Shown here: piece after piece, positions 36,200 through 51,400 of the stretch
How the letters are laid out: the number at the start of each line of letters is the position of its first letter
How positions within the stretch are numbered: the stretch's first letter is position 1
Assembly (NCBI RefSeq): GCF_009914755.1
Contig: NC_060930.1
Strand: one strand, 5' to 3'
Length of the DNA stretch: 64,000 nucleotides
Source: the human T2T-CHM13v2.0 reference genome, Homo sapiens
The notes under the pieces: model-generated
What the model was told of the DNA's origin: nothing
Database searches by the model: none
Seen by the model: only the letters and a program-made list of their open reading frames with translations
Translations under genes and position numbers: made by a program

Positions 36200-39100
36200 T
36201 TATAGCGCATTGAGCCTACGGCGGAAAAAGAAACATCTTCCTATAAAAACTAGACAGAATACTTCTCAGAATCTGCTTTGCGATGTGTGCGTTCAACTCA
36301 CAGAGTAAAACTTTTCTTTTGATAGAGCAGTTTTGAAACACTCTTTTTGTAGTATTTGCATGTGTATATTTAGAGCGCATTGAAGCCCACAGTAGAAAAG
36401 GAAATAACTTCACCTAAAACCTAGACAGAAGCAATCTCAGAAACTACTTTGTGATGTGTACATTCAACTCACAGAGTGGAACTTTCCTCTTTATAGAGCA
36501 GTGTTGAAACACTCTTTTTGTAGAAACTGCAAGTGGATATTTGGACCTCTTTGAGGCCTTCGTTGGAAACGGGATTTCTTCCTATAACCCTAGACAGAAG
36601 AATTTTCAGAAACCTCATTGTGATGTGTGCGTTCATCTCACAGAGTGGAGTCTTCCGTTTGATAGAGAAGTTTTGAAACCCTGTTCTTGTAGGATTTCCA
36701 AGTGGATATTTAGACCACTTTGAAGCCTATGATAGAAAAGGAAACATCTTCATGGAAAACATAGATAGAATCATCCTCAGAAACAACTTTGTGATGTGTG
36801 CATTGAACTCACCGTCTTTAACCTTTCTTTTGGTAGAGAAGTTTTGAAACACTCTCTTTGTAAAGTCTACAAGTGGATATTTTGAGCCCTTGGAGGCATT
36901 CTTTGGAAAAGGGAATGTCTTCACATAAAAGGCAGACGGAAGTGTTCTCAGAAACTGCTTTGTGATGTCTGTGTTCAACTCACAGAGTTTAACATTTCCT
37001 TTGATAGAGCGGTTTAGTAACCCTCTCTTTGTAGAATTTGGAAGTGTATACTAAGAGCGCTTTGAGGCCTATGGTAGAAAAGGAAATATCTTTCCATAAA
37101 AGCTAGACAGAAGCAATCTCAGAAACTCCTCTGTGATGTCTGCATTCAACTCACCGAGTGGAACATTCCTCTTGATAGAGCAGTTTGGAAACACTCTTTC
37201 TGTAGAATCAGCTTGTTTGTATTTGGACCTCCTTGAGGCCTTCGTTGGAAACGGGTTTTCATCTTATAAACCCAGACAGAAGAATTCTCAGAGTCTTCTT
37301 TGTGATGTGTGCTTTCAACTCACCGAGATAAAGATTTCTCTTGATAGAGCAATTTGGAAACACTCTTTTTGTAGAATTTGCAAGGGTACATTGAGAGCGC
37401 TTTCAGGCCTATGGTAGAAAAGGGAATATCTTTCCATAAAAGGTAGACAGAAGCAATCTCAGAAACTACTTTGTGATGTGTGCATTCAACTCACCGAGTG
37501 CAACGTTCCTCTTGACCGAGCAGTTTGGAAACATTGTTTCTGTAGAATCTGCAAGTGGATATTTGGACCTCTTTGAGGCCTTCGTTGGAAACGGGATTTC
37601 TTCCTATAAACCCAGACAGAAGAATTCTCAGAGACTTCTTTGTGATGTGTGAATTCAACTCACAGTGTGGATCCTTCCTTTTGATAGAGCAGTTTTGAAA
37701 CCCTGTTTTTGTAGTATTTCCAAGCGGATATTCGGAACGCCTTGAAGCGTATGGTAGAAAAGGAAATATCTTCCCATAAAACCTAGACAGAACCAATCTC
37801 AGAAACGACTTTGTGATGTCTGCATTCAAGTCACAGAGTTGAACATTTCTCTTGATAGAGCAGTTTTGAAACCCTCTTTCTGAAGGATCTGCAAGTGGAT
37901 ATTTGGAACTCCTTTGGGTCTTCGTTGGAAACGGGATTTCTTCGTATAAATCTAGACAGAAGAATTCTCCGAAACTTCTTTGGTTGTGTGCATTCAAGTC
38001 ACAGAGTGGAACCTTCCTTTGGATAGAGCAGTTTGAAACGCCGTGGTTGTAGTATTTCCAAGCGGATATTAGAGCGCCTTGAGGCCTATGGTAGAAAAGG
38101 AAATATCTTCCCATAAAACCTAGACGGAAGCAATCTCAGAAACTACTGTGTGATGGCTGCATTCCACACACACGGTGGAACATTTCTCTTGATAGAGCAG
38201 TTTTGAAACACTCTTTCTGTAGAATCTGCAAGTGGATAATTGGACCGCCTTGAGGCCTTCGTTGGAAACGGGATTTCTTCATGTTACTCTAGATAGAAGA
38301 ATTCTCAAACACTGCTATGTGATGTTTGCATTCAAGTCACAGAGTGCAACATTCCTCTTGGTAGAGCAGTTGGGAAACACTCCTTTTGTAGAATCTGCAA
38401 TGGGATATTTGGACTTCTTTGAGGCCTTCGTTGGAAACGGGATTTCTTCGTATGAATCTAGACAGAAGAATTCTCAGAAACTTCCTTGTGATGTGTGCAT
38501 TCAACTCAGCGAGTGGCACCTTCCTTTGGATACAGCAGTTTTGAAACACTGTTTTTGTAGTATTTCCAAGCGGATATTTAGAGCGCCTTGAAGCCTATGC
38601 TAGAAATGGAAATATCTCCCCATAAAACCAAGACAGAAGCAATCTCAGAAACTAATGTGTGATGGCTGCATTCCACACACACGGTGGACCATTTCTCTTG
38701 ATAGAGCAGTTTTGAAACACTCTTTATGTAGAATCTGCAAGTGGATAATTGGACCTCCTAGAGGCCTTCGTTGGAAACGGGATTTCTTCATCTAAACCTA
38801 CAGAGAAGAATTCTCAGTAACTTCTTCGGATGTGTGCATTCGACGCACAGAATGGAACATTCCCTTTGATAGAGCAGTTTTGAGACACCGTTTTTGTAGA
38901 ATTCCCAAGTGGATATTTAGAGCACTTTGAAGTCTCTGCTAGAAAAGGAAACATCTTCATGTAAAAAGTAGATAGAATCGTTCTCAGAAAGTGCTTAGTG
39001 ACGTGTGCGTTCAACTCACAGAGTTTAACGTTTCTTTTGATAGAGCGTTTCTGAAACACCCTTCTTGTAGTAGCTGCAAGTGGATATTTGGACCTATTGG

Positions 39101-42100
39101 AGGCCTTCTTTGGAAACGGGATTTCTTCATGTAACTCTAGATTGAAGAATTCTCAGAAACTCCTTTGTGATGTGTGCATTCAATTCAAAGAGTGAAACCT
39201 CCCTTTTCACAGAGCAGTTTTGAAACACTGTTTTTGTAGGATTTCCAAGGGGATATTTATAGCGCATTGAGCCTACGGCGGAAAAAGAAACATCTTCCTA
39301 TAAAAACTAGACAGAATACTTCTCAGAATCTGCTTTGCGATGTGTGCGTTCAACTCACAGAGTAAAACTTTTCTTTTGATAGAGCAGTTTTGAAACACTC
39401 TTTTTGTAGTATTTGCATGTGTATATTTAGAGCGCATTGAAGCCCACAGTAGAAAAGGAAATAACTTCACCTAAAACCTAGACAGAAGCAATCTCAGAAA
39501 CTACTTTGTGATGTGTACATTCAACTCACAGAGTGGAACTTTCCTCTTTATAGAGCAGTGTTGAAACACTCTTTTTGTAGAAACTGCAAGTGGATATTTG
39601 GACCTCTTTGAGGCCTTCGTTGGAAACGGGATTTCTTCCTATAACCCTAGACAGAAGAATTTTCAGAAACCTCATTGTGATGTGTGCGTTCATCTCACAG
39701 AGTGGAGTCTTCCGTTTGATAGAGAAGTTTTGAAACCCTGTTCTTGTAGGATTTCCAAGTGGATATTTAGACCACTTTGAAGCCTATGATAGAAAAGGAA
39801 ACATCTTCATGGAAAACATAGATAGAATCATCCTCAGAAACAACTTTGTGATGTGTGCGTTGAACTCACCGTCTTTAACCTTTCTTTTGGTAGAGAAGTT
39901 TTGAAACACTCTCTTTGTAAAGTCTACAAGTGGATATTTTGAGCCCTTGGAGGCATTCTTTGGAAAAGGGAATGTCTTCACATAAAAGGCAGACGGAAGT
40001 GTTCTCAGAAACTGCTTTGTGATGTCTGTGTTCAACTCACAGAGTTTAACATTTCCTTTGATAGAGCGGTTTAGTAACCCTCTCTTTGTAGAATTTGGAA
40101 GTGTATACTAAGAGCGCTTTGAGGCCTATGGTAGAAAAGGAAATATCTTTCCATAAAAGCTAGACAGAAGCAATCTCAGAAACTCCTCTGTGATGTCTGC
40201 ATTCAACTCACCGAGTGGAACATTCCTCTTGAGAGAGCAGTTTGGAAACACTCTTTCTGTAGAATCAGCTTGTTTGTATTTGGACCTCCTTGAGGCCTTC
40301 GTTGGAAACGGGTTTTCATCTTATAAACCCAGACAGAAGAATTCTCAGAGTCTTCTTTGTGATGTGTGCTTTCAACTCACCGAGATAAAGATTTCTCTTG
40401 ATAGAGCAATTTGGAAACACTCTTTTTGTAGAATTTGCAAGGGTACATTGAGAGCGCTTTCAGGCCTATGGTAGAAAAGGGAATATCTTTCCATAAAAGG
40501 TAGACAGAAGCAATCTCAGAAACTACTTTGTGATGTGTGCATTCAACTCACCGAGTGCAACGTTCCTCTTGACCGAGCAGTTTGGAAACATTGTTTCTGT
40601 AGAATCTGCAAGTGGATATTTGGACCTCTTTGAGGCCTTCGTTGGAAACGGGATTTCTTCCTATAAACCCAGACAGAAGAATTCTCAGAGACTTCTTTGT
40701 GATGTGTGAATTCAACTCACAGTGTGGATCCTTCCTTTTGATAGAGCAGTTTTGAAACCCTGTTTTTGTAGTATTTCCAAGCGGATATTTGGAACGCCTT
40801 GAAGCGTATGGTAGAAAAGGAAATATCTTCCCATAAAACCTAGACAGAACCAATCTCAGAAACGACTTTGTGATGTCTGCATTCAAGTCACAGAGTTGAA
40901 CATTTCTCTTGATAGAGCAGTTTTGAAACCCTCTTTCTGAAGGATCTGCAAGTGGATATTTGGAACTCCTTTGGGTCTTCGTTGGAAACGGGATTTCTTC
41001 GTATAAATCTAGACAGAAGAATTCTCCGAAACTTCTTTGGTTGTGTGCATTCAAGTCACAGAGTGGAACCTTCCTTTGGATAGAGCAGTTTGAAACGCCG
41101 TGGTTGTAGTATTTCCAAGCGGATATTAGAGCGCCTTGAGGCCTATGGTAGAAAAGGAAATATCTTCCCATAAAACCTAGACGGAAGCAATCTCAGAAAC
41201 TACTGTGTGATGGCTGCATTCCACACACACGGTGGAACATTTCTCTTGATAGAGCAGTTTTGAAACACTCTTTCTGTAGAATCTGCAAGTGGATAATTGG
41301 ACCGCCTTGAGGCCTTCGTTGGAAACGGGATTTCTTCATGTTACTCTAGATAGAAGAATTCTCAAACACTGCTATGTGATGTTTGCATTCAAGTCACAGA
41401 GTGCAACATTCCTCTTGGTAGAGCAGTTGGGAAACACTCCTTTTGTAGAATCTGCAATGGGATATTTGGACTTCTTTGAGGCCTTCGTTGGAAACGGGAT
41501 TTCTTCGTATGAATCTAGACAGAAGAATTCTCAGAAACTTCCTTGTGATGTGTGCATTCAACTCAGCGAGTGGCACCTTCCTTTGGATACAGCAGTTTTG
41601 AAACACTGTTTTTGTAGTATTTCCAAGCGGATATTTAGAGCGCCTTGAAGCCTATGCTAGAAATGGAAATATCTCCCCATAAAACCAAGACAGAAGCAAT
41701 CTCAGAAACTAATGTGTGATGGCTGCATTCCACACACACGGTGGACCATTTCTCTTGATAGAGCAGTTTTGAAACACTCTTTATGTAGAATCTGCAAGTG
41801 GATAATTGGACCTCCTAGAGGCCTTCGTTGGAAACGGGATTTCTTCATCTAAACCTACAGAGAAGAATTCTCAGTAACTTCTTCGGATGTGTGCATTCGA
41901 CGCACAGAATGGAACATTCCCTTTGATAGAGCAGTTTTGAGACACCGTTTTTGTAGAATTCCCAAGTGGATATTTAGAGCACTTTGAAGTCTCTGCTAGA
42001 AAAGGAAACATCTTCATGTAAAAAGTAGATAGAATCGTTCTCAGAAAGTGCTTAGTGACGTGTGCGTTCAACTCACAGAGTTTAACGTTTCTTTTGATAG

Positions 42101-45100
42101 AGCGTTTCTGAAACACCCTTCTTGTAGTAGCTGCAAGTGGATATTTGGACCTATTGGAGGCCTTCTTTGGAAATGGGATTTCTTCATGTAACTCTAGATT
42201 GAAGAGTTCTCAGAAACTCCTTTGTGATGTGTGCATTCAATTCAAAGAGTGAAACCTCCCTTTTCACAGAGCAGTTTTGAAACACTGTTTTTGTAGGATT
42301 TCCAAGGGGATATTTATAGCGCATTGAGCCTACGGCGGAAAAAGAAACATCTTCCTATAAAAACTAGACAGAATACTTCTCAGAATCTGCTTTGCGATGT
42401 GTGCGTTCAACTCACAGAGTAAAACTTTTCTTTTGATAGAGCAGTTTTGAAACACTCTTTTTGTAGTATTTGCATGTGTATATTTAGAGCGCATTGAAGC
42501 CCACAGTAGAAAAGGAAGTAACTTCACCTAAAACCTAGACAGAAGCAATCACAGAAACTACTTTGTGATGTGTACATTCAACTCACAGAGTGGAACTTTC
42601 CTCTTTATAGAGCAGTGTTGAAACACTCTTTTTGTAGAAACTGCAAGTGGATATTTGGACCTCTTTGAGGCCTTCGTTGGAAACGGGATTTCTTCCTATA
42701 ACCCTAGACAGAAGAATTTTCAGAAACCTCATTGTGATGTGTGCGTTCATCTCACAGAGTGGAGTCTTCCGTTTGATAGAGAAGTTTTGAAACCCTGTTC
42801 TTGTAGGATTTCCAAGTGGATATTTAGACCACTTTGAAGCCTATGATAGAAAAGGAAACATCTTCATGGAAAACATAGATAGAATCATCCTCAGAAACAA
42901 CTTTGTGATGTGTGCGTTGAACTCACCGTCTTTAACCTTTCTTTTGGTAGAGAAGTTTTGAAACACTCTCTTTGTAAAGTCTACAAGTGGATATTTTGAG
43001 CCCTTGGAGGCATTCTTTGGAAAAGGGAATGTCTTCACATAAAAGGCAGACGGAAGTGTTCTCAGAAACTGCTTTGTGATGTCTGTGTTCAACTCACAGA
43101 GTTTAACATTTCCTTTGATAGAGCGGTTTAGTAACCCTCTCTTTGTAGAATTTGGAAGTGTATACTAAGAGCGCTTTGAGGCCTATGGTAGAAAAGGAAA
43201 TATCTTTCCTTAAAAGCTAGACAGAAGCAATCTCAGAAACTCCTCTGTGATGTCTGCATTCAACTCACCGAGTGGAACATTCCTCTTGATAGAGCAGTTT
43301 GGAAACACTCTTTCTGTAGAATCAGCTTGTTTGTATTTGGACCTCCTTGAGGCCTTCGTTGGAAACGGGTTTTCATCTTATAAACCCAGACAGAAGAATT
43401 CTCAGAGTCTTCTTTGTGATGTGTGCTTTCAACTCACCGAGATAAAGATTTCTCTTGATAGAGCAATTTGGAAACACTCTTTTTGTAGAATTTGCAAGGG
43501 TACATTGAGAGCGCTTTCAGGCCTATGGTAGAAAAGGGAATATCTTTCCATAAAAGGTAGACAGAAGCAATCTCAGAAACTACTTTGTGATGTGTGCATT
43601 CAACTCACCGAGTGCAACGTTCCTCTTGACCGAGCAGTTTGGAAACATTGTTTCTGTAGAATCTGCAAGTGGATATTTGGACCTCTTTGAGGCCTTCGTT
43701 GGAAACGGGATTTCTTCCTATAAACCCAGACAGAAGAATTCTCAGAGACTTCTTTGTGATGTGTGAATTCAACTCACAGTGTGGATCCTTCCTTTTGATA
43801 GAGCAGTTTTGAAACCCTGTTTTTGTAGTATTTCCAAGCGGATATTTGGAACGCCTTGAAGCGTATGGTAGAAAAGGAAATATCTTCCCATAAAACCTAG
43901 ACAGAACCAATCTCAGAAACGACTTTGTGATGTCTGCATTCAACTCACAGAGTTGAACATTTCTCTTGATAGAGCAGTTTTGAAACCCTCTTTCTGAAGG
44001 ATCTGCAAGTGGATATTTGGAACTCCTTTGGGTCTTCGTTGGAAACGGGATTTCTTCGTATAAATCTAGACAGAAGAATTCTCCGAAACTTCTTTGGTTG
44101 TGTGCATTCAAGTCACAGAGTGGAACCTTCCTTTGGATAGAGCAGTTTGAAACGCCGTGGTTGTAGTATTTCCAAGCGGATATTAGAGCGCCTTGAGGCC
44201 TATGGTAGAAAAGGAAATATCTTCCCATAAAACCTAGACGGAAGCAATCTCAGAAACTACTGTGTGATGGCTGCATTCCACACACACGGTGGAACATTTC
44301 TCTTGATAGAGCAGTTTTGAAACACTCTTTCTGTAGAATCTGCAAGTGGATAATTGGACCGCCTTGAGGCCTTCGTTGGAAACGGGATTTCTTCATGTTA
44401 CTCTAGATAGAAGAATTCTCAAACACTGCTATGTGATGTTTGCATTCAAGTCACAGAGTGCAACATTCCTCTTGGTAGAGCAGTTGGGAAACACTCCTTT
44501 TGTAGAATCTGCAATGGGATATTTGGACTTCTTTGAGGCCTTCGTTGGAAACGGGATTTCTTCGTATGAATCTAGACAGAAGAATTCTCAGAAACTTCCT
44601 TGTGATGTGTGCATTCAACTCAGCGAGTGGCACCTTCCTTTGGATACAGCAGTTTTGAAACACTGTTTTTGTAGTATTTCCAAGCGGATATTTAGAGCGC
44701 CTTGAAGCCTATGCTAGAAATGGAAATATCTCCCCATAAAACCAAGACAGAAGCAATCTCAGAAACTAATGTGTGATGGCTGCATTCCACACACACGGTG
44801 GACCATTTCTCTTGATAGAGCAGTTTTGAAACACTCTTTCTGTAGAATCTGCAAGTGGATAATTGGACCTCCTAGAGGCCTTCGTTGGAAACGGGATTTC
44901 TTCATCTAAACCTACAGAGAAGAATTCTCAGTAACTTCTTCGGATGTGTGCATTCGACGCACAGAATGGAACATTCCCTTTGATAGAGCAGTTTTGAGAC
45001 ACCGTTTTTGTAGAATTCCCAAGTGGATATTTAGAGCACTTTGAAGTCTCTGCTAGAAAAGGAAACATCTTCATGTAAAAAGTAGATAGAATCGTTCTCA

Positions 45101-48100
45101 GAAAGTGCTTAGTGACGTGTGCGTTCAACTCACAGAGTTTAACGTTTCTTTTGATAGAGCGTTTCTGAAACACCCTTCTTGTAGTAGCTGCAAGTGGATA
45201 TTTGGACCTATTGGAGGCCTTCTTTGGAAACGGGATTTCTTCATGTAACTCTAGATTGAAGAATTCTCAGAAACTCCTTTGTGATGTGTGCATTCAATTC
45301 AAAGAGTGAAACCTCCCTTTTCACAGAGCAGTTTTGAAACACTGTTTTTGTAGGATTTCCAAGGGGATATTTATAGCGCATTGAGCCTACGGCGGAAAAA
45401 GAAACATCTTCCTATAAAAACCAGACAGAATACTTCTCAGAATCTGCTTTGCGATGTGTGCGTTCAACTCACAGAGTAAAACTTTTCTTTTGATAGAGCA
45501 GTTTTGAAACACTCTTTTTGTAGTATTTGCATGTGTATATTTAGAGCGCATTGAAGCCCACAGTAGAAAAGGAAATAACTTCACCTAAAACCTAGACAGA
45601 AGCAATCTCAGAAACTACTTTGTGATGTGTACATTCAACTCACAGAGTGGAACTTTCCTCTTTATAGAGCAGTGTTGAAACACTCTTTTTGTAGAAACTG
45701 CAAGTGGATATTTGGACCTCTTTGAGGCCTTCGTTGGAAACGGGATTTCTTCCTATAACCCTAGACAGAAGAATTTTCAGAAACCTCATTGTGATGTGTG
45801 CGTTCATCTCACAGAGTGGAGTCTTCCGTTTGATAGAGAAGTTTTGAAACCCTGTTCTTGTAGGATTTCCAAGTGGATATTTAGACCACTTTGAAGCCTA
45901 TGATAGAAAAGGAAACATCTTCATGGAAAACATAGATAGAATCATTCTCAGAAACAACTTTGTGATGTGTGCGTTGAACTCACCGTCTTTAACCTTTCTT
46001 TTGGTAGAGAAGTTTTGAAACACTCTCTTTGTAAAGTCTACAAGTGGATATTTTGAGCCCTTGGAGGCATTCTTTGGAAAAGGGAATGTCTTCACATAAA
46101 AGGCAGACGGAAGTGTTCTCAGAAACTGCTTTGTGATGTCTGTGTTCAACTCACAGAGTTTAACATTTCCTTTGATAGAGCGGTTTAGTAACCCTCTCTT
46201 TGTAGAATTTGGAAGTGTATACTAAGAGCGCTTTGAGGCCTATGGTAGAAAAGGAAATATCTTTCCATAAAAGCTAGACAGAAGCAATCTCAGAAACTCC
46301 TTTGTGATGTCTGCATTCAACTCACCGAGTGGAACATTCCTCTTGATAGAGCAGTTTGGAAACACTCTTTCTGTAGAATCAGCTTGTTTGTATTTGGACC
46401 TCCTTGAGGCCTTCGTTGGAAACGGGTTTTCATCTTATAAACCCAGACAGAAGAATTCTCAGAGTCTTCTTTGTGATGTGTGCTTTCAACTCACCGAGAT
46501 AAAGATTTCTCTTGATAGAGCAATTTGGAAACACTCTTTTTGTAGAATTTGCAAGGGTACATTGAGAGCGCTTTCAGGCCTATGGTAGAAAAGGGAATAT
46601 CTTTCCATAAAAGGTAGACAGAAGCAATCTCAGAAACTACTTTGTGATGTGTGCATTCAACTCACCGAGTGCAACGTTCCTCTTGACCGAGCAGTTTGGA
46701 AACATTGTTTCTGTAGAATCTGCAAGTGGATATTTGGACCTCTTTGAGGCCTTCGTTGGAAACGGGATTTCTTCCTATAAACCCAGACAGAAGAATTCTC
46801 AGAGACTTCTTTGTGATGTGTGAATTCAACTCACAGTGTGGATCCTTCCTTTTGATAGAGCAGTTTTGAAACCCTGTTTTTGTAGTATTTCCAAGCGGAT
46901 ATTTGGAACGCCTTGAAGCGTATGGTAGAAAAGGAAATATCTTCCCATAAAACCTAGACAGAACCAATCTCAGAAACGACTTTGTGATGTCTGCATTCAA
47001 GTCACAGAGTTGAACATTTCTCTTGATAGAGCAGTTTTGAAACCCTCTTTCTGAAGGATCTGCAAGTGGATATTTGGAACTCCTTTGGGTCTTCGTTGGA
47101 AACGGGATTTCTTCGTATAAATCTAGACAGAAGAATTCTCCGAAACTTCTTTGGTTGTGTGCATTCAAGTCACAGAGTGGAACCTTCCTTTGGATAGAGC
47201 AGTTTGAAACGCCGTGGTTGTAGTATTTCCAAGCGGATATTAGAGCGCCTTGAGGCCTATGGTAGAAAAGGAAATATCTTCCCATAAAACCTAGACGGAA
47301 GCAATCTCAGAAACTACTGTGTGATGGCTGCATTCCACACACACGGTGGAACATTTCTCTTGATAGAGCAGTTTTGAAACACTCTTTCTGTAGAATCTGC
47401 AAGTGGATAATTGGACCGCCTTGAGGCCTTCGTTGGAAACGGGATTTCTTCATGTTACTCTAGATAGAAGAATTCTCAAACACTGCTATGTGATGTTTGC
47501 ATTCAAGTCACAGAGTGCAACATTCCTCTTGGTAGAGCAGTTGGGAAACACTCCTTTTGTAGAATCTGCAATGGGATATTTGGACTTCTTTGAGGCCTTC
47601 GTTGGAAACGGGATTTCTTCGTATGAATCTAGACAGAAGAATTCTCAGAAACTTCCTTGTGATGTGTGCATTCAACTCAGCGAGTGGCACCTTCCTTTGG
47701 ATACAGCAGTTTTGAAACACTGTTTTTGTAGTATTTCCAAGCGGATATTTAGAGCGCCTTGAAGCCTATGCTAGAAATGGAAATATCTCCCCATAAAACC
47801 AAGACAGAAGCAATCTCAGAAACTAATGTGTGATGGCTGCATTCCACACACACGGTGGACCATTTCTCTTGATAGAGCAGTTTTGAAACACTCTTTCTGT
47901 AGAATCTGCAAGTGGATAATTGGACCTCCTAGAGGTCTTCGTTGGAAACGGGATTTCTTCATCTAAACCTACAGAGAAGAATTCTCAGTAACTTCTTCGG
48001 ATGTGTGCATTCGACTCACAGAATGGAACATTCCCTTTGATAGAGCAGTTTTGAGACACCGTTTTTGTAGAATTCCCAAGTGGATATTTAGAGCACTTTG

Positions 48101-48427
48101 AAGTCTCTGCTAGAAAAGGAAACATCTTCATGTAAAAAGTAGATAGAATCGTTCTCAGAAAGTGCTTAGTGACGTGTGCGTTCAACTCACAGAGTTTAAC
48201 GTTTCTTTTGATAGAGCGTTTCTGAAACACCCTTCTTGTAGTAGCTGCAAGTGGATATTTGGACCTATTGGAGGCCTTCTTTGGAAATGGGATTTCTTCA
48301 TGTAACTCTAGATTGAAGAGTTCTCAGAAACTCCTTTGTGATGTGTGCATTCAATTCAAAGAGTGAAACCTCCCTTTTCACAGAGCAGTTTTGAAACACT
48401 GTTTTTGTAGGATTTCCAAGGGGATAT
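36200..48427 (+). repeat. HOR units U14-U17, run of four 18-mers (start 36200, 39257, 42314, 45371)
   Basis: Marker ORF at 36216, 39273, 42330, 45387, 48444 (3,057-bp spacing). Confidence 0.95.
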
Positions 48428-51400
48428 TTATAGCGCATTGAGCCTACGGCGGAAAAAGAAACATCTTCCTATAAAAACTAGACAGAATACTTCTCAGAAT
48501 CTGCTTTGCGATGTGTGCGTTCAACTCACAGAGTAAAACTTTTCTTTTGATAGAGCAGTTTTGAAACACTCTTTTTGTAGTATTTGCATGTGTATATTTA
48601 GAGCGCATTGAAGCCCACAGTAGAAAAGGAAATAACTTCACCTAAAACCTAGACAGAAGCAATCACAGAAACTACTTTGTGATGTGTACATTCAACTCAC
48701 AGAGTGGAACTTTCCTCTTTATAGAGCAGTGTTGAAACACTCTTTTTGTAGAAACTGCAAGTGGATATTTGGACCTCTTTGAGGCCTTCGTTGGAAACGG
48801 GATTTCTTCCTATAACCCTAGACAGAAGAATTTTCAGAAACCTCATTGTGATGTGTGCGTTCATCTCACAGAGTGGAGTCTTCCGTTTGATAGAGAAGTT
48901 TTGAAACCCTGTTCTTGTAGGATTTCCAAGTGGATATTTAGACCACTTTGAAGCCTATGATAGAAAAGGAAACATCTTCATGGAAAACATAGATAGAATC
49001 ATCCTCAGAAACAACTTTGTGATGTGTGCGTTGAACTCACCGTCTTTAACCTTTCTTTTGGTAGAGAAGTTTTGAAACACTCTCTTTGTAAAGTCTACAA
49101 GTGGATATTTTGAGCCCTTGGAGGCATTCTTTGGAAAAGGGAATGTCTTCACATAAAAGGCAGACGGAAGTGTTCTCAGAAACTGCTTTGTGATGTCTGT
49201 GTTCAACTCACAGAGTTTAACATTTCCTTTGATAGAGCGGTTTAGTAACCCTCTCTTTGTAGAATTTGGAAGTGTATACTAAGAGCGCTTTGAGGCCTAT
49301 GGTAGAAAAGGAAATATCTTTCCATAAAAGCTAGACAGAAGCAATCTCAGAAACTCCTCTGTGATGTCAGCATTCAACTCACCGAGTGGAACATTCCTCT
49401 TGAGAGAGCAGTTTGGAAACACTCTTTCTGTAGAATCAGCTTGTTTGTATTTGGACCTCCTTGAGGCCTTCGTTGGAAACGGGTTTTCATCTTATAAACC
49501 CAGACAGAAGAATTCTCAGAGTCTTCTTTGTGATGTGTGCTTTCAACTCACCGAGATAAAGATTTCTCTTGATAGAGCAATTTGGAAACACTCTTTTTGT
49601 AGAATTTGCAAGGGTACATTGAGAGCGTTTTCAGACCTATGGTAGAAAAGGGAATATCTTTCCATAAAAGGTAGACAGAAGCAATCTCAGAAACTACTTT
49701 GTGATGTGTGCATTCAACTCACCGAGTGCAACGTTCCTCTTGACCGAGCAGTTTGGAAACATTGTTTCTGTAGAATCTGCAAGTGGATATTTGGACCTCT
49801 TTGAGGCCTTCGTTGGAAACGGGATTTCTTCCTATAAACCCAGACAGAAGAATTCTCAGAGACTTCTTTGTGATGTGTGAATTCAACTCACAGTGTGGAT
49901 CCTTCCTTTTGATAGAGCAGTTTTGAAACCCTGTTTTTGTAGTATTTCCAAGCGGATATTTGGAACGCCTTGAAGCGTATGGTAGAAAAGGAAATATCTT
50001 CCCATAAAACCTAGACAGAACCAATCTCAGAAACGACTTTGTGATGTCTGCATTCAAGTCACAGAGTTGAACATTTCTCTTGATAGAGCAGTTTTGAAAC
50101 CCTCTTTCTGAAGGATCTGCAAGTGGATATTTGGAACTCCTTTGGGTCTTCGTTGGAAACGGGATTTCTTCGTATAAATCTAGACAGAAGAATTCTCAGA
50201 AACTTCCTTGTGATGTGTGCATTCAACTCAGCGAGTGGCACCTTCCTTTGGATACAGCAGTTTTGAAACACTGTTTTTGTAGTATTTCCAAGCGGATATT
50301 TAGAGCGCCTTGAAGCCTATGCTAGAAATGGAAATATCTCCCCATAAAACCAAGACGGAAGCAATCTCAGAAACTAATGTGTGATGGCTGCATTCCACAC
50401 ACACGGTGGACCATTTCTCTTGATAGAGCAGTTTTGAAACACTCTTTCTGTAGAATCTGCAAGTGGATAATTGGACCTCCGAGAGGCCTTCGTTGGAAAC
50501 GGGATTTCTTCATCTAAACCTACAGAGAAGTATTCTCAGTAACTTCTTCGGATGTGTGCATTCGACGCACAGAATGGAACATTCCCTTTGATAGAGCAGT
50601 TTTGAGACACCGTTTTTGTAGAATTCCCAAGTGGATATTTAGAGCACTTTGAAGTCTCTGCTAGAAAAGGAAACATCTTCATGTAAAAAGTAGATAGAAT
50701 CGTTCTCAGAAAGTGCTTAGTGTCGTGTGCGTTCAACTCACAGAGTTTAACGTTTCTTTTGATAGAGCGTTTCTGAAACACCCTTCTTGTAGTAGCTGCA
50801 AGTGGATATTTGGACCTATTGGAGGCCTTCTTTGGAAATGGGATTTCTTCATGTAACTCTAGGTTGAAGAATTCTCAGAAACTCCTTTGTGATGTGTGCA
50901 TTCAATTCAAAGAGTGAAACCTCTCTTTTCACAGAGCAGTTTTGAAACACTGTTTTTGTAGGATTTCCAAGGGGATATTTATAGCGCATTGAGCCTACGG
51001 CGGAAAAAGAAACATCTTCCTATAAAAACTAGACAGAATACTTCTCAGAATCTGCTTTGCGATGTGTGCGTTCAACTCACAGAGTAAAACTTTTCTTTTG
51101 ATAGAGCAGTTTTGAAACACTCTTTTTGTAGTATTTGCATGTGTATATTTAGAGCGCATTGAAGCCCACAGTAGAAAAGGAAATAACTTCACCTAAAACC
51201 TAGACAGAAGCAATCACAGAAACTACTTTGTGATGTGTACATTCAACTCACAGAGTGGAACTTTCCTCTTTATAGAGCAGTGTTGAAACACTCTTTTTGT
51301 AGAAACTGCAAGTGGATATTTGGACCTCTTTGAGGCCTTCGTTGGAAACGGGATTTCTTCCTATAACCCTAGACAGAAGAATTTTCAGAAACCTCATTGT

